Positions 9,594-19,442 of a stretch of DNA of 64,000 bases are shown here, one piece after another. The translations under genes and the position numbers were made by a program. Source of the DNA: Sedimentisphaerales bacterium (GTDB taxonomy: Bacteria > Planctomycetota > Phycisphaerae > Sedimentisphaerales > Anaerobacaceae); the NCBI GenBank assembly GCA_040772485.1, contig JAXGYC010000010.1, forward strand, positions 384,001 through 448,000, in the 5' to 3' direction. Below the pieces are notes generated by a model. The model was not told where the DNA came from. It saw nothing but the letters and a program-made list of their open reading frames with translations, and searched no databases. Position 1 is the first letter of the stretch; every line of letters starts with the position of its first letter.

Positions 9594-10784
9594 CTATGCT
9601 CTGTCGTATTGCGGGATCGGGAGCGTCTCGCCGTCCTTGAGCGCCGACTGGTGCGCGACGACCCCTGGGACGGTCATCGCGAGGGCCTCACAGACGTTGA
9701 CGAGCGGCTCGCGGTCTTCGAGGATCGCGGTGATGAACTCGTTGGCCAGCGGTCCGTGCGAGCCTCCGTGCCCGCCGGCGGGCATGCGGGGCGGCAGCGC
9801 CGGCACCGCGATGTCCGGCAGGTCTTTCAACAGGCCGTGATACTCTGTGTCCTGCATCCAACCACGCTGGCCGTAGACGCGACCGGTCTCGACGACCACG
9901 TCCTGCACGCCCATGCACATGAGCATGCGCGAGGCGCCGCCTTCGCTCGTCTGGAACAACGCGATCTCGTCGCTGTACGGATTGTCGTACTTGTTGGCGC
10001 CCGGCCTGTTGGACGGCAGACCCGCGTCGAAACCGATGCACGAGACGGAGGTGAACCGCCCGCCGGAGACGCCGACGTAATAGGCGGTCGAATGAGTCGG
10101 ATACCACAGCGGAGGCGAGCCGATGCGCCAGCCGTTGAACGACGGAATCGGGGTGGGACAGAAATGGAAGTACTCGCCTTCGGAGTACACGAGCTTGCCG
10201 AAGCCTCCGGCCCGGTAGATCTGCCGCATCGCGCAGCAGTCCGCGCGGTAGTAGCTCGTCTCGGCCATCATGTACTTCAGGCCGGTCTTCCGAACCGTCT
10301 CGACGAGTTGCTCGGCCTGCTCGATCGAGCCCCACACCGCCGGCACCGCCGTCATCACGTGCTTACCGTGATGGAGCGCTTCCATGCAGTGCTTGGCGTG
10401 GTTCGGCGCATCGGTGGCGACGAAGACCGCCTCGATCTTCGGGTCCTTGACCAGCACCTCCAGCGACTCGTACGACTTCTCGCAGCGGCACGCCTGCATC
10501 AGTCCCGCGCGCCGCTCGGCGATCAGATCGCTGACCGCGACGATCTCGACGTTCGGATGGTCCTGGAAGCCGAAGGCGGCGCCGAACTGGCAGACGCCGT
10601 AGCCGACGATGCCCACGCGCACCTTCCGATCGGACACCGGCTGCCAGACCTTCTCCGCGGATCGCTGGTTGCCCCTGGCGGCGCCGGTGGAAAGGCTCGC
10701 CGCCGCTGTCGCTCCGAGCGAAAGCCGGCCCAACGTTTCGAGAAAATCGCGGCGGTCCATCGGTCCCAATCCAGCAGTCGACAT
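9594..10784 (-). CDS. Tat-exported Gfo/Idh/MocA oxidoreductase
   Basis: DRRDFL twin-arginine signal, VGIVGYG, GKHVMTAVP, GGHGGSH. Confidence 0.88.
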   Translation of the reverse strand: MSTAGLGPMDRRDFLETLGRLSLGATAAASLSTGAARGNQRSAEKVWQPVSDRKVRVGIVGYGVCQFGAAFGFQDHPNVEIVAVSDLIAERRAGLMQACRCEKSYESLEVLVKDPKIEAVFVATDAPNHAKHCMEALHHGKHVMTAVPAVWGSIEQAEQLVETVRKTGLKYMMAETSYYRADCCAMRQIYRAGGFGKLVYSEGEYFHFCPTPIPSFNGWRIGSPPLWYPTHSTAYYVGVSGGRFTSVSCIGFDAGLPSNRPGANKYDNPYSDEIALFQTSEGGASRMLMCMGVQDVVVETGRVYGQRGWMQDTEYHGLLKDLPDIAVPALPPRMPAGGHGGSHGPLANEFITAILEDREPLVNVCEALAMTVPGVVAHQSALKDGETLPIPQYDRA

Positions 10785-10961
10785 CGGTCAGCCTCCTTCA
10801 TTACAGGCAGTATGTGAACCGGCCGCAGCACACGTGCGGCTCGCAGTCCGGCCTGCCCATTCTACGCCGATTCGGCGTACCGCGCCAAGAAGTCATGCCC
10901 AAGAGGGTGCACGACCGCTTCTGCGAGGCTCGCTTGGGCACCCTGCAGAAGCACGAATGAC

Positions 10962-10989
10962 GTAGGGGCGAATGATTATTCGCCCCTAC
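10962..10989. repeat. REP-like palindrome (GTAG family A variant)
   Basis: GTAGGGGCGAATGATTATTCGCCCCTAC. Confidence 0.7.
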
Positions 10990-11125
10990 CGGGTTCTTCG
11001 CATTGGGCACCTTTTGGTGTCTACGAACATCCAAGGCCACCATCTCCAAACGCTGCGCGTTTGAGGCTGCCACACACATGCCAGGATGTTCTGACACACA
11101 CCGAAGACCAAGCGATCCGGTATCT

Positions 11126-12496
11126 CTACCGGGCCTGGCGCCGGTAGGTCTCTTTCATGACCAGCGTGCAGGCCAGAGCCAGGACCGATGCAATCAGCAG
11201 CACGAGGAGTACAACGCGATAGCCGGCGAGGGGGTATCCGGCATCGGGAGCGTGGGGATAGGCGTCCAATATCCGTCCGAGCAGCCACATGAACACCGCG
11301 CCTCCGAAGAACGGGAACAGGTTCACCGTTCCGACAGAGGTCCCTGCCATCGCGACGGGAAACAGCTCCTTGGTCGTGGTGAAGCCCATGATCACAATGG
11401 CGGACGAGAACACCGAGAACAGGAAGAACCACACGAAGAGCGCCCAGTGCGGCAGGCTCGCGGGCCGCATGACCACCAGCAGCATCAGCAACGTGAGAAT
11501 CGCCGAAGCGAGGATGAACACCCGCTTGCGACTGTGCAGCAGTCGCTCGGACAGCAGGCCCAGCAGCGGACTGCCGACGATCATGCCCCAGGCGAGCATG
11601 CTCAGGACCGCTCCGGCCTGGCCTTTGCTCATGCCGTAGACGTGCATGAGATACGGACCGCTCCAGAGACCGCCGAACCCGAAGAAGATGCCGCAATCGA
11701 AGAAGAACCAGATGGCCACCGGCCAGAAATGTGTCGTGGCGACCACACGCTTGGCGCCGGCAAAGAGACCGATGTTCGCAGTGGCACCGTCAGGCGTTTC
11801 GTGCGGCGCCTTTGTGGACACACTCCCGTCGCCCGTCGGCGCGATCGAAGGCCAGCCCTTGTCAGAAGGCCGGTCGCGGACGATGAGCCAGACCAGGGCC
11901 ATCAGCAGCAGGCTCGCCCCTCCGATCACCTGAAATGAGACGCGCCACCCGAACCATGTGGCCAGCAGGCCGAGAAGCCACGTCCCCGCCAGCACGCCCA
12001 CGCCCCCGACGGCGTTGAGGATTCCGGCCATCACGGCGAACTCGCCGGCCCGGAACCACTGCGAGAGGATCTTCATGGTGGGGATGAAGACCATCGAGAC
12101 GCCCAGTCCGACCGCCACCCGTGCGGCAAAGGCGGTGCGGATGCCCGGCGCCAGGCCGAAGAACACGCTGCCGGCCGCCGCCAGCAGCAGAGAGACGGTG
12201 ACGGTCTTGCGGGGTCCGACGGAATCGGCCAGCAGGCCCGCCGGAAACTGCATCGCCGCGTAACAGTAGAAGTACACCGAGCCGAGCAGACCCAGGACGC
12301 CCGCCGCGACGTCGAAATCGGCCGCCAGATCGTCCGCGACAACGGACAGCGAAAGCCGATGGAAGTAGACGAAGAAATACGCCAGCCCGAGCACCGCGAA
12401 GATCGCCCAGCGGTAGACCATCATCCTCCGCTCATGCGGCGTCTCTGCCACCGGACCCATCGTCTGTAGCGTCACAGGCTCACATCCTTCCCGCAT
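11126..12496 (-). CDS. MFS transporter (OPA/ACS-like)
   Basis: About 12 TM segments, GLLADSVGPRK motif A, QWF...E. Exact start uncertain. Confidence 0.9.
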   Translation of the reverse strand: MREGCEPVTLQTMGPVAETPHERRMMVYRWAIFAVLGLAYFFVYFHRLSLSVVADDLAADFDVAAGVLGLLGSVYFYCYAAMQFPAGLLADSVGPRKTVTVSLLLAAAGSVFFGLAPGIRTAFAARVAVGLGVSMVFIPTMKILSQWFRAGEFAVMAGILNAVGGVGVLAGTWLLGLLATWFGWRVSFQVIGGASLLLMALVWLIVRDRPSDKGWPSIAPTGDGSVSTKAPHETPDGATANIGLFAGAKRVVATTHFWPVAIWFFFDCGIFFGFGGLWSGPYLMHVYGMSKGQAGAVLSMLAWGMIVGSPLLGLLSERLLHSRKRVFILASAILTLLMLLVVMRPASLPHWALFVWFFLFSVFSSAIVIMGFTTTKELFPVAMAGTSVGTVNLFPFFGGAVFMWLLGRILDAYPHAPDAGYPLAGYRVVLLVLLIASVLALACTLVMKETYRRQAR

Positions 12497-12671
12497 TCAA
12501 GAGACTGGAGGCCGTAGGCTGGAGGCTGTAGGAGTCCTTCCAGCCTCCCGGCTCGTTCGTCCCATTCTACAGAGGCCTGTCACCCGGCGCCAACCATTCG
12601 CATGATACGATTACCCGTCTCGCTATGGCGTGTGGAAGAAGCCCCCGCGGGTCTGGAAGATGGGGTTCGGC

Positions 12672-12789
12672 GTAGGGGCGAAGCATGCTTCGCCCTTGCC
12701 CCATTCTCTTGGGCATACGACGGACAACCCACTCGCAGTGACGCCATCTGGCGTTCCGTTCGTGAGGGCGAGGCATGCCTCGCCCCTAC
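12672..12789. repeat. REP doublet (REPIN-like), family A
   Basis: GTAGGGGCGAAGCATGCTTCGCCC ... GGGCGAGGCATGCCTCGCCCCTAC; homologous to 60183-60410 and 61511-61677. Confidence 0.85.
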
Positions 12790-12884
12790 AGCGCGCTATG
12801 AACAGCGCTTCTGATTCTCAGCCAGATTCCTCCACTGCGCTTCGCCGCGGTCGAAATACCATAACCCCACAGGGCCGCCCTGTC

Positions 12885-14897
12885 CTACCGGCGTTGGGGC
12901 TGGCCGGGGTCGAACGGCTTGTTGACGTGAATATACTCGATCAGAGGGTGAGATGCCTTGAAATCGCTGACCGTCTGCGGAGCGATGGGGTTGTCGGTTT
13001 CAAGAAGGAGGGACTCCAGAGACGGCGGGCCCGTCAGGGACGAAAGGGCCGCATCGGGTATATTGCCGCCGATCCTCAGACTCCGCAGCGCCGGCAGGCC
13101 GTTCAGGTGCGCCAGGTTCTCGCCCGTGCAGTTCGAGAGGTTGAGGACCCACAGGGTTCGTAGCGCACGCAATCCTCCGAGATACCGCAAGTATGATCCC
13201 GGCAGAGGGGTCGTCGACTGGATCATCAACGTCTCAACCGAACGCCAGTTCTTGAGAAAGGCCAGGTCCTCATCGTGCAGAGGCAGGCCGGCTATGTAGA
13301 ACTCCTTCACCGCGCTCAATCCGGACAGGTCCAGTGTCCCTTCATCAGCCTCGGCGAGCCGGGCCATGTCGCCCCAGGGGCCGTGAACGTTCAGGGACTC
13401 CAGATTCGACAGTCCATTCAGACGGTTCAGGCTGCTGCGCGTCAGGACATGCATGGCCAGACGCTCCAACTGTTTCAGCTTGCCGATGGACGCCAGACCG
13501 CCATCGCCCACGCCGGAGCCTGCGATGCTCAAATCTCTTAGATTCGTCAACGGCTCCAGGCTCGCAACGTCGGCGTCGGGCAGTGGATCGCCCGCGTAGA
13601 TCCGAAGTTCCTCCAGCGAACGGAGACTCGCCAGATGGGACAGGCCCGTCGGGCCGTCGTAACCCTGTCGGCGGTCCTTCAGGGTGACGCCGAGACACTT
13701 GAGGTTGCCAAGCGCAGCGACGGTCTTGAGCCCCTCGGCCGAAAGGTAGCTGAGCCCTTCTATGGATTCGAGCTGAGGCATCGTTGCGAGTTGCCGTGCG
13801 ACCTCGTCGCCGTACTGCTGGCCCGGCGGGCCGGCCCACGCATGGCCAAAATCCACCTTCTTGAAGTTCCTGAGGTTCCTCAGATGGGCCACGCCGACCG
13901 GCGTGAGTCTGGGCTGGCCCATGATGAAGTGCAGTTCCTCCAGGCTCTCGATCTTGCTGATCGACGCCAGAGCCGCATCGGTGAGATTGTCCGGACCCCA
14001 GAGCGTCAGGCTCTTGAGCTGTTTGACGCCTTCGAGGTGTTTCATGTGCCGGTCATAGAGTGGGCCGCCGCCCTTGCCGCCCCAGAAACACAGGCGTTCC
14101 AGCTTCGGCAGTCTCGCCAGCTCAGCCAGGCCCGGACCCCACATTCTCCCGCCCACGATGCTCAACCAGCGCAGGCTGGAGACTTGGGCCACCTCTTTGA
14201 GTCCGGTGTCCGTAAGGCCGGTACAGAGGCTCAGGTACTCCAGGTTGGGCAGGTCCTTCAGAACTGCCAGCCCGCGGCTGCCGAGCGGGAACTGCGTCAG
14301 TTCCAGACCCTTGAGAGAGCGCAGGGGTCGCAGATCCTCCAGGCTGCTGTCGGTGACACCCGCGCTCTGGAGGCTCAGCATCTCAAGGCCCGTCAGGTGT
14401 CGAACCGGCTCCAGCAGTTGGGGCTTCGTCCCCGCCCTATCGTACATGGGCGAACCGACCGAAAGCCAGAACAGATCGTTCGGTTCGAGGGCCGCCAGCG
14501 CCGAGAGGTCCTGCGGCCTTTCGCGGGCGCCGTCGGCGATCAGCATCTGGTACGCACGCGGGTTTTCCGTCCGCAGCCGGGCCGCCTCGCGCGGGGTAAG
14601 GTCCAGAAAGACCATCAACTTGATGTTTCGATCATTCGGCGCGCCCACCGGGCCTCGTGCGCGACCAAGGTATTCCCATTCGCCGAGGAACCGCACCCCC
14701 CTCGGGTCCCAACCTGGCCCCGATTCCGGCTCCAGAAACAGATTGCCCACCCACTGGCCAGCCGGAAAGGACAAGGTCCGGGTCCCACCGGGCGACGCCG
14801 CCAACGCCGGAAAGCTCTTTTCCCCGGCATCCAGACCCATGGCAAGCCAAAACAGAGCCAACAAGAACGTAACCATGAACATCCGCCGGCGTTTCAT
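12885..14897 (-). CDS. Secreted leucine-rich-repeat protein
   Basis: Signal peptide; many LxxLxxLxL...vTD.gL repeats. Confidence 0.85.
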   Translation of the reverse strand: MKRRRMFMVTFLLALFWLAMGLDAGEKSFPALAASPGGTRTLSFPAGQWVGNLFLEPESGPGWDPRGVRFLGEWEYLGRARGPVGAPNDRNIKLMVFLDLTPREAARLRTENPRAYQMLIADGARERPQDLSALAALEPNDLFWLSVGSPMYDRAGTKPQLLEPVRHLTGLEMLSLQSAGVTDSSLEDLRPLRSLKGLELTQFPLGSRGLAVLKDLPNLEYLSLCTGLTDTGLKEVAQVSSLRWLSIVGGRMWGPGLAELARLPKLERLCFWGGKGGGPLYDRHMKHLEGVKQLKSLTLWGPDNLTDAALASISKIESLEELHFIMGQPRLTPVGVAHLRNLRNFKKVDFGHAWAGPPGQQYGDEVARQLATMPQLESIEGLSYLSAEGLKTVAALGNLKCLGVTLKDRRQGYDGPTGLSHLASLRSLEELRIYAGDPLPDADVASLEPLTNLRDLSIAGSGVGDGGLASIGKLKQLERLAMHVLTRSSLNRLNGLSNLESLNVHGPWGDMARLAEADEGTLDLSGLSAVKEFYIAGLPLHDEDLAFLKNWRSVETLMIQSTTPLPGSYLRYLGGLRALRTLWVLNLSNCTGENLAHLNGLPALRSLRIGGNIPDAALSSLTGPPSLESLLLETDNPIAPQTVSDFKASHPLIEYIHVNKPFDPGQPQRR

Positions 14898-14898
14898 A

Positions 14899-15498
14899 TC
14901 AGTCGTCTCCATCGTGCAGTCTTGCGAGCTTCCAGAGGCCCTCAACGCGAACCAAGCGAGTTATCAGAGTGACGGTCTCGCCGGGCGCGCGGCTCGCGCC
15001 GTCCAGAGAGAACTCGGTGTGGACGGTTGCGGTCCAGACGACCGTCGCGGCATTGCCTTCCTCGACCACGTCGGCTAATTCGACGGGCGGGCCGACGTAG
15101 CGAGGGTACGGGCTTTCGTTTGCGTCCGGCACGCCGTCGCAGAAACACCGGGACAAGGCTTCCGTGTCGCTTCGGTCCAGAAGTTCCAGAACGCTGTAGA
15201 CCGCCTGGGCCGGCGTGCTCAGGTCCGGGGCATCGTCTGCGTCAGGTCGGCCAATCCCAAACAGCACAGCAGGCACCGGGCCTGAACGGGCGTCGTCCGT
15301 GCTGCGCAGCTCGCTCACCAGCGGCGTGTCGCCCAGGGTCACCGTCCGCTCGTCCGCCTGGGGCACAGACGCCGCCTCCGGGGGCACGGAGGGTGGACCC
15401 GAGCGGTACAACCAGGCAATCGCCAGTGCGACGCCCGCGATGCCCGCCGCAGCAAATACGACCTTTACGGCTCTCGCCTTGCACCGCTTCGACACCAT
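14899..15498 (-). CDS. Hypothetical protein with N-terminal membrane anchor
   Basis: TM helix, C-terminal RLVRVEGLWKL (NTF2-like ending); abuts the LRR gene. Confidence 0.6.
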   Translation of the reverse strand: MVSKRCKARAVKVVFAAAGIAGVALAIAWLYRSGPPSVPPEAASVPQADERTVTLGDTPLVSELRSTDDARSGPVPAVLFGIGRPDADDAPDLSTPAQAVYSVLELLDRSDTEALSRCFCDGVPDANESPYPRYVGPPVELADVVEEGNAATVVWTATVHTEFSLDGASRAPGETVTLITRLVRVEGLWKLARLHDGDD

Positions 15499-15613
15499 AA
15501 GCGCTCTCCAATGCCCTTCTATGAGTCGCAGCGGCGACGCCGGCGATACAAGAAAAACACGCCGAAAACAGATTTCCTCGGCAAAGATGCAGGAAAGACA
15601 CATTGCATGCGCC

Positions 15614-15679
15614 GTTCGTAGTGGCGTCGTGAGACGCTATCTTTTCAAGCCCGTATGCCCTCACGGGCACACTACAAAC
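15614..15679. repeat. REP doublet, family B
   Basis: GTTCGTAGTGGCGTCGTGAGACGC...TGCCCTCACGGGCACACTACAAAC; copies at 19295, 27496, 40391, 60133 and 61423. Confidence 0.85.
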
Positions 15680-17216
15680 GGGCGAATCGTTCGGCGACGT
15701 GGAGGGCAGATCTGATGCCGTCGGCGGCGCTGGAGATGATGCCGCCGGCGTAGCCGCTGCCTTCGCCGACGAGGTAGAGGTTCTCGAAGCCGGCGCAGAG
15801 GCCCGTCTTGTCGCGGACCGCCTGGATAGGCGAGGAGGTCTTGCTTTCGAGGCCCAGGATGGCGCCGGTCTCGAAGCCTTTGATCTTGCGGGCGAAATCC
15901 TGAAGCCCCTCGCGAATGGCGTCGCTGATCTGCGAAGGCAGCATCTCCCACAGCGGCGCGGGCTTCAAGCCGAGCGGATAGCTCGATTCGAGGACGTCGG
16001 ACGGCCCTTTTCGCATCACGAAGTCGGTGATGCGGCAGGCGGGCGCGGCGAAGCCGTTGGAGTACTCGTAGAAGCTGTGCTCCAGCGAGCCAAGCCAGTC
16101 GAGCGCCTCGGCCGGCGCGATTGCTCTACCCAGCAGGGATTCGAGATTGACCGCGGCGACGCATGCGGCGTTGGCGAACCGCCCGGCCCGGCGATAGTGG
16201 CTCATGCCGTTGACGATGTTTGTGTCCGCGTAGGCGGTCGCCGGGATCACCGCCCCGCCTGGACACATGCAGAACGTATAAACAGGCAGGCACCCCGCGT
16301 CATTGAACGTCAGGCGATATTCGGCGGCCTTGACGCCGGGCAGGCTCGCCCGGCCCCATTGGGCGAGGTTGATCAGCTCCTGCGGATGCTCGACCCGGCT
16401 GCCGATGGCGAAATTCTTCGTGCGAAACGGCACCCCCCTGCCGATCAACATGCGATAGGTCTCGTAGGCCGAGTGGCCGGGGGCGATGAGGAAGCAGTCC
16501 GCTTCGATCCCGCCCGACGAGGTGACGGCCTCGACGACGCGGCCCCTTTCGATGGTCAGGTCTTCGAGCATCGTATCGAACAGCATCCGGCCGCCGAGAG
16601 CGAGGAACTCCTCGCGCAGTCGTTTGACGATCCGCCGGAGGTTGTCGCTGCCGAGATGCGGATGGGCCATGTACGCGATCTCCTCGGGCGCGCCGGCGCG
16701 GATGTAGCTGGCGAGAATGAACTGCCGCTCCGACCCGATGTGCTTGCTTCGCGAGGTGAGCTTGCCGTCGGAGAAGGCCCCTGCCCCGCCTTCGCCAAAG
16801 GCATAATTGCAGGAAGGGTTGAACGCGCCCGTCTTCTCGAACGTGCGAATGCCCTCGGCCCGCGTCTCGACGTCGGAACCCCGCTCGATGAGCGTGACGT
16901 GGACGCCCGCCTTCTGGAGGACCAGTGCTGCAAAGAAGCCGGCGGGGCCGGAGCCGACAACCACGGCCCTCCGCCCCGGCGCAACCTGCGGAATAGACAG
17001 AGGCGCAGGCGTCTCGGGAGCGCCGCCCTCGATCTGCTCCGAAGCCACCCCGACGCGGACGAGCCAGTGGATGTCGCTCTTGCGGCAGGCGTCGAGGCTC
17101 TGGTGCTCGATCGTGTACGAGAACTCCGACAGCGACAGCGCCCTGCCGATCCGCTCGCGGAGCGTCTCGTCGCTGTAGTCGGTGGGGAGCTTCAGTGAAA
17201 TCGCCCGGTATCCCAT
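15672..17216 (-). CDS. FAD-dependent oxidoreductase (COG2509-like)
   Basis: VVGSGPAG, FGEGGAGAFSDGKL, VYTFCMCPGG, GEGSGYAGGIISSA. True start MGYRAISLKL. Confidence 0.9.
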   Translation of the reverse strand: MGYRAISLKLPTDYSDETLRERIGRALSLSEFSYTIEHQSLDACRKSDIHWLVRVGVASEQIEGGAPETPAPLSIPQVAPGRRAVVVGSGPAGFFAALVLQKAGVHVTLIERGSDVETRAEGIRTFEKTGAFNPSCNYAFGEGGAGAFSDGKLTSRSKHIGSERQFILASYIRAGAPEEIAYMAHPHLGSDNLRRIVKRLREEFLALGGRMLFDTMLEDLTIERGRVVEAVTSSGGIEADCFLIAPGHSAYETYRMLIGRGVPFRTKNFAIGSRVEHPQELINLAQWGRASLPGVKAAEYRLTFNDAGCLPVYTFCMCPGGAVIPATAYADTNIVNGMSHYRRAGRFANAACVAAVNLESLLGRAIAPAEALDWLGSLEHSFYEYSNGFAAPACRITDFVMRKGPSDVLESSYPLGLKPAPLWEMLPSQISDAIREGLQDFARKIKGFETGAILGLESKTSSPIQAVRDKTGLCAGFENLYLVGEGSGYAGGIISSAADGIRSALHVAERFARL

Positions 17217-17248
17217 GCGAAAGCCACCTTGCGATTGAACGCGGATTC

Positions 17249-17839
17249 TCACTCCAGGCTCGCGCGGAGGGCCCACTGGGCCTTGTCCGCACGCACGGCC
17301 CTGTGACTCGCCAGGCGGGCCAGCAGCGCATCCGGCGTCCGGTCCACCAGCAGCAGGTCGCGATGGGCCGGATCGATGAACCCTTGGGCGGTCGCGTGGT
17401 CGACGAAACGAATCAGGTCGTCGAAGTATCCTGCAACGTTCAAGAGGCCCGCCGGCTTGGCGTGGAACCCAAGCTGCGCCCACGTCAGGATCTCGAGGAT
17501 CTCCTCCATCGTCCCGAACCCGCCCGGCATTGCGATGAACGCGTCCGCCAGCTTGGCCATCAGCGCCTTGCGCTCGTGCATGTCGGCGACGATGCGCATG
17601 TCCGCCACATCGGTCAGCGCCAGACCCATCTCGTGCAGCGCCTGGGGAATCACGCCGGTGACCTGGCCGCCATGTTCCAGCACGGTCCGCGCAATAACGC
17701 CCATCAGGCCGATCCGGCCCCCGCCAAACACCAGGTGCAGCCCGCGATCGGCGAGGACCTTGCCCAGCGAGCGTGCCGCATCGGCATACTCGGCCCGCCC
17801 GCCGACCCCACTGCCGCAATAGACACAAACTCGTTTCAT
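17249..17839 (-). CDS. LOG-family nucleotide phosphoribohydrolase (TIGR00730)
   Basis: VCVYCGS, GGGRIGLMG, MHERK, PGGFGTMEE. Confidence 0.93.
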   Translation of the reverse strand: MKRVCVYCGSGVGGRAEYADAARSLGKVLADRGLHLVFGGGRIGLMGVIARTVLEHGGQVTGVIPQALHEMGLALTDVADMRIVADMHERKALMAKLADAFIAMPGGFGTMEEILEILTWAQLGFHAKPAGLLNVAGYFDDLIRFVDHATAQGFIDPAHRDLLLVDRTPDALLARLASHRAVRADKAQWALRASLE

Positions 17840-18097
17840 TCACAAAGTTCCAACTGTCTGGAAAAGGCGCAGAGGCTCGACCGCCCACGCAGCGGCGCAG
17901 AAGGTAGTCCCACCATGCCCGCCTGTCAAATGGAATCGAGCATCGAGCGAGAGGAGAGCCTGAACACGATTGACACGGTGCGATGCTCAGGCGACAATCA
18001 CGACCGAGACAGCACAGACCGGCACCGCGGAACAGAGACGCGATGAAACCGAGGAGCGATCCGATGCGCTCCTACATCGCAGAAAGGAGAACATCCC

Positions 18098-18502
18098 ATG
18101 GAGCCGATTCTGGCCAAGTGCGGCTATCGTTGTGACCTCTGCCCGGCCTTCGAGACCAATCTCAAGGGCGAGCAGGACAAGAAAAGGCTGAGCAAAGCGA
18201 TGGCCAGGTACTTCAATTGCCGGGTGCGTCCGGAGGAAATCCACCCGTGCAAGGGATGCCAGGCGGCTCCGGAGACCCCCGACAAGGATTGCCAGGTCTA
18301 TCCCTGCGTCGTCAGGAGAGGGTTGGAGAACTGCGGGCAGTGTCCTCAGTTCGGCTGCGACAAGCTCAAGACGCGGATGGACGTGGTGGAAGAATGCCTG
18401 GCCAAACACTCGGACGTGAGCAACGAGGACTACCGGGTCTACTTCCGCCCGTATCTGAGCCGAGCGGCCCTGACGCAGATCCATGTGTCGCGCGGTGGTT
18501 AG
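18098..18502 (+). CDS. DUF3795-like Cys-rich protein
   Basis: CGYRCDLCP...CKGC...C.VYPC...NCGQCPQFGC; AAGGAG RBS. Confidence 0.8.
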   Translation: MEPILAKCGYRCDLCPAFETNLKGEQDKKRLSKAMARYFNCRVRPEEIHPCKGCQAAPETPDKDCQVYPCVVRRGLENCGQCPQFGCDKLKTRMDVVEECLAKHSDVSNEDYRVYFRPYLSRAALTQIHVSRGG

Positions 18503-18526
18503 GACGGCGGCAACGTCGTGCCGGAG

Positions 18527-19132
18527 CTATGGCCGGCCGCCGAGAAACCGGCGGGCGAAATCCGCAAAAGGCACTTCGCGGAAATACCGGCTGTGGATCG
18601 CGTGCGTCAGCTCCATGTCGTCCATGTCGTCGTACTGCGGGTACTTCTTTCGGACCTGCACAATGGTCATCTTCTGAAGCATTCGCCGGGTCTCCGCGTC
18701 TTCCGGCCGGGCAGGAGTCGGCGCCTCTGTCGTCGCCTCCGGGACGGGGACACCCTCGGGTGCGGTCGCTCTCGCCTCGATCGCCTCGGCCGGCGCGGTC
18801 GAGGGCGGCGCAGTCAAGGGCGGCGGATACACTTTCACTCCGGACTTGCGGAACTCCGCGGCCCGGCGGTCCATCTGTCCGGCGGTCATGATGTTGGGAT
18901 CGAAAGCGTACCCCCGCTGTCTCCAATACGCCGCGTTGCGAATGGCCTGCGCCCGCTCGAACATCTGCGCGCACGTCATCGTGTCGGCATCGAACGTGAA
19001 CCCCTTGACCTTCCAGCTCCTGGCGCAGATCGCCGCCCTCGCACGAGGGTCGCGCATCCCGTCCGAACAACCCAGCACCAGCCAAGGCAAAACCAACACA
19101 ACAACCACGCGATATATCACGGCAGACTCCAT
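18527..19132 (-). CDS. Hypothetical lipoprotein
   Basis: LVLGC lipobox; internal repeat W..KGFTFD..TMT / WRQRGYAFDPNIMT; Pro/Ala linker. Confidence 0.65.
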   Translation of the reverse strand: MESAVIYRVVVVLVLPWLVLGCSDGMRDPRARAAICARSWKVKGFTFDADTMTCAQMFERAQAIRNAAYWRQRGYAFDPNIMTAGQMDRRAAEFRKSGVKVYPPPLTAPPSTAPAEAIEARATAPEGVPVPEATTEAPTPARPEDAETRRMLQKMTIVQVRKKYPQYDDMDDMELTHAIHSRYFREVPFADFARRFLGGRP

Positions 19133-19294
19133 CGATTACACAGCACAATCTGGAATTGTCATGATAGGCTCGGCGCAGGTTCCTGTCCAGCCCATTTCCC
19201 GAACCAGATGTCACTCGTGTCTGTCAAGATTTCAGGGCAGGACTCCTTTGAGGGCGCAAACCGCCAGGGGTGGCAGTCTCAATCCCGAAGAGCT

Positions 19295-19364
19295 GTTCGT
19301 AGTGACGCCGTCAGGCGTTAACCTCATCGCAATCCCGGTATGCCCTCACGGGCACACTACGAAC
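19295..19364. repeat. REP doublet, family B
   Basis: GTTCGTAGTGACGCCGTCAGGCGT...TGCCCTCACGGGCACACTACGAAC. Confidence 0.85.
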
Positions 19365-19442
19365 CGCCATCCCCCAAGCTCCGTTGCACTACGCTTTGAG
19401 GCTACCACCCACATGCCAGGATCTCTTCAAACACACTGGGAC

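Noticed and set aside
15672..17888. 738-aa fusion ORF spanning the LOG gene
   Set aside because: The N-terminal extension is an alternative frame over the LOG gene; the real start is 17216.
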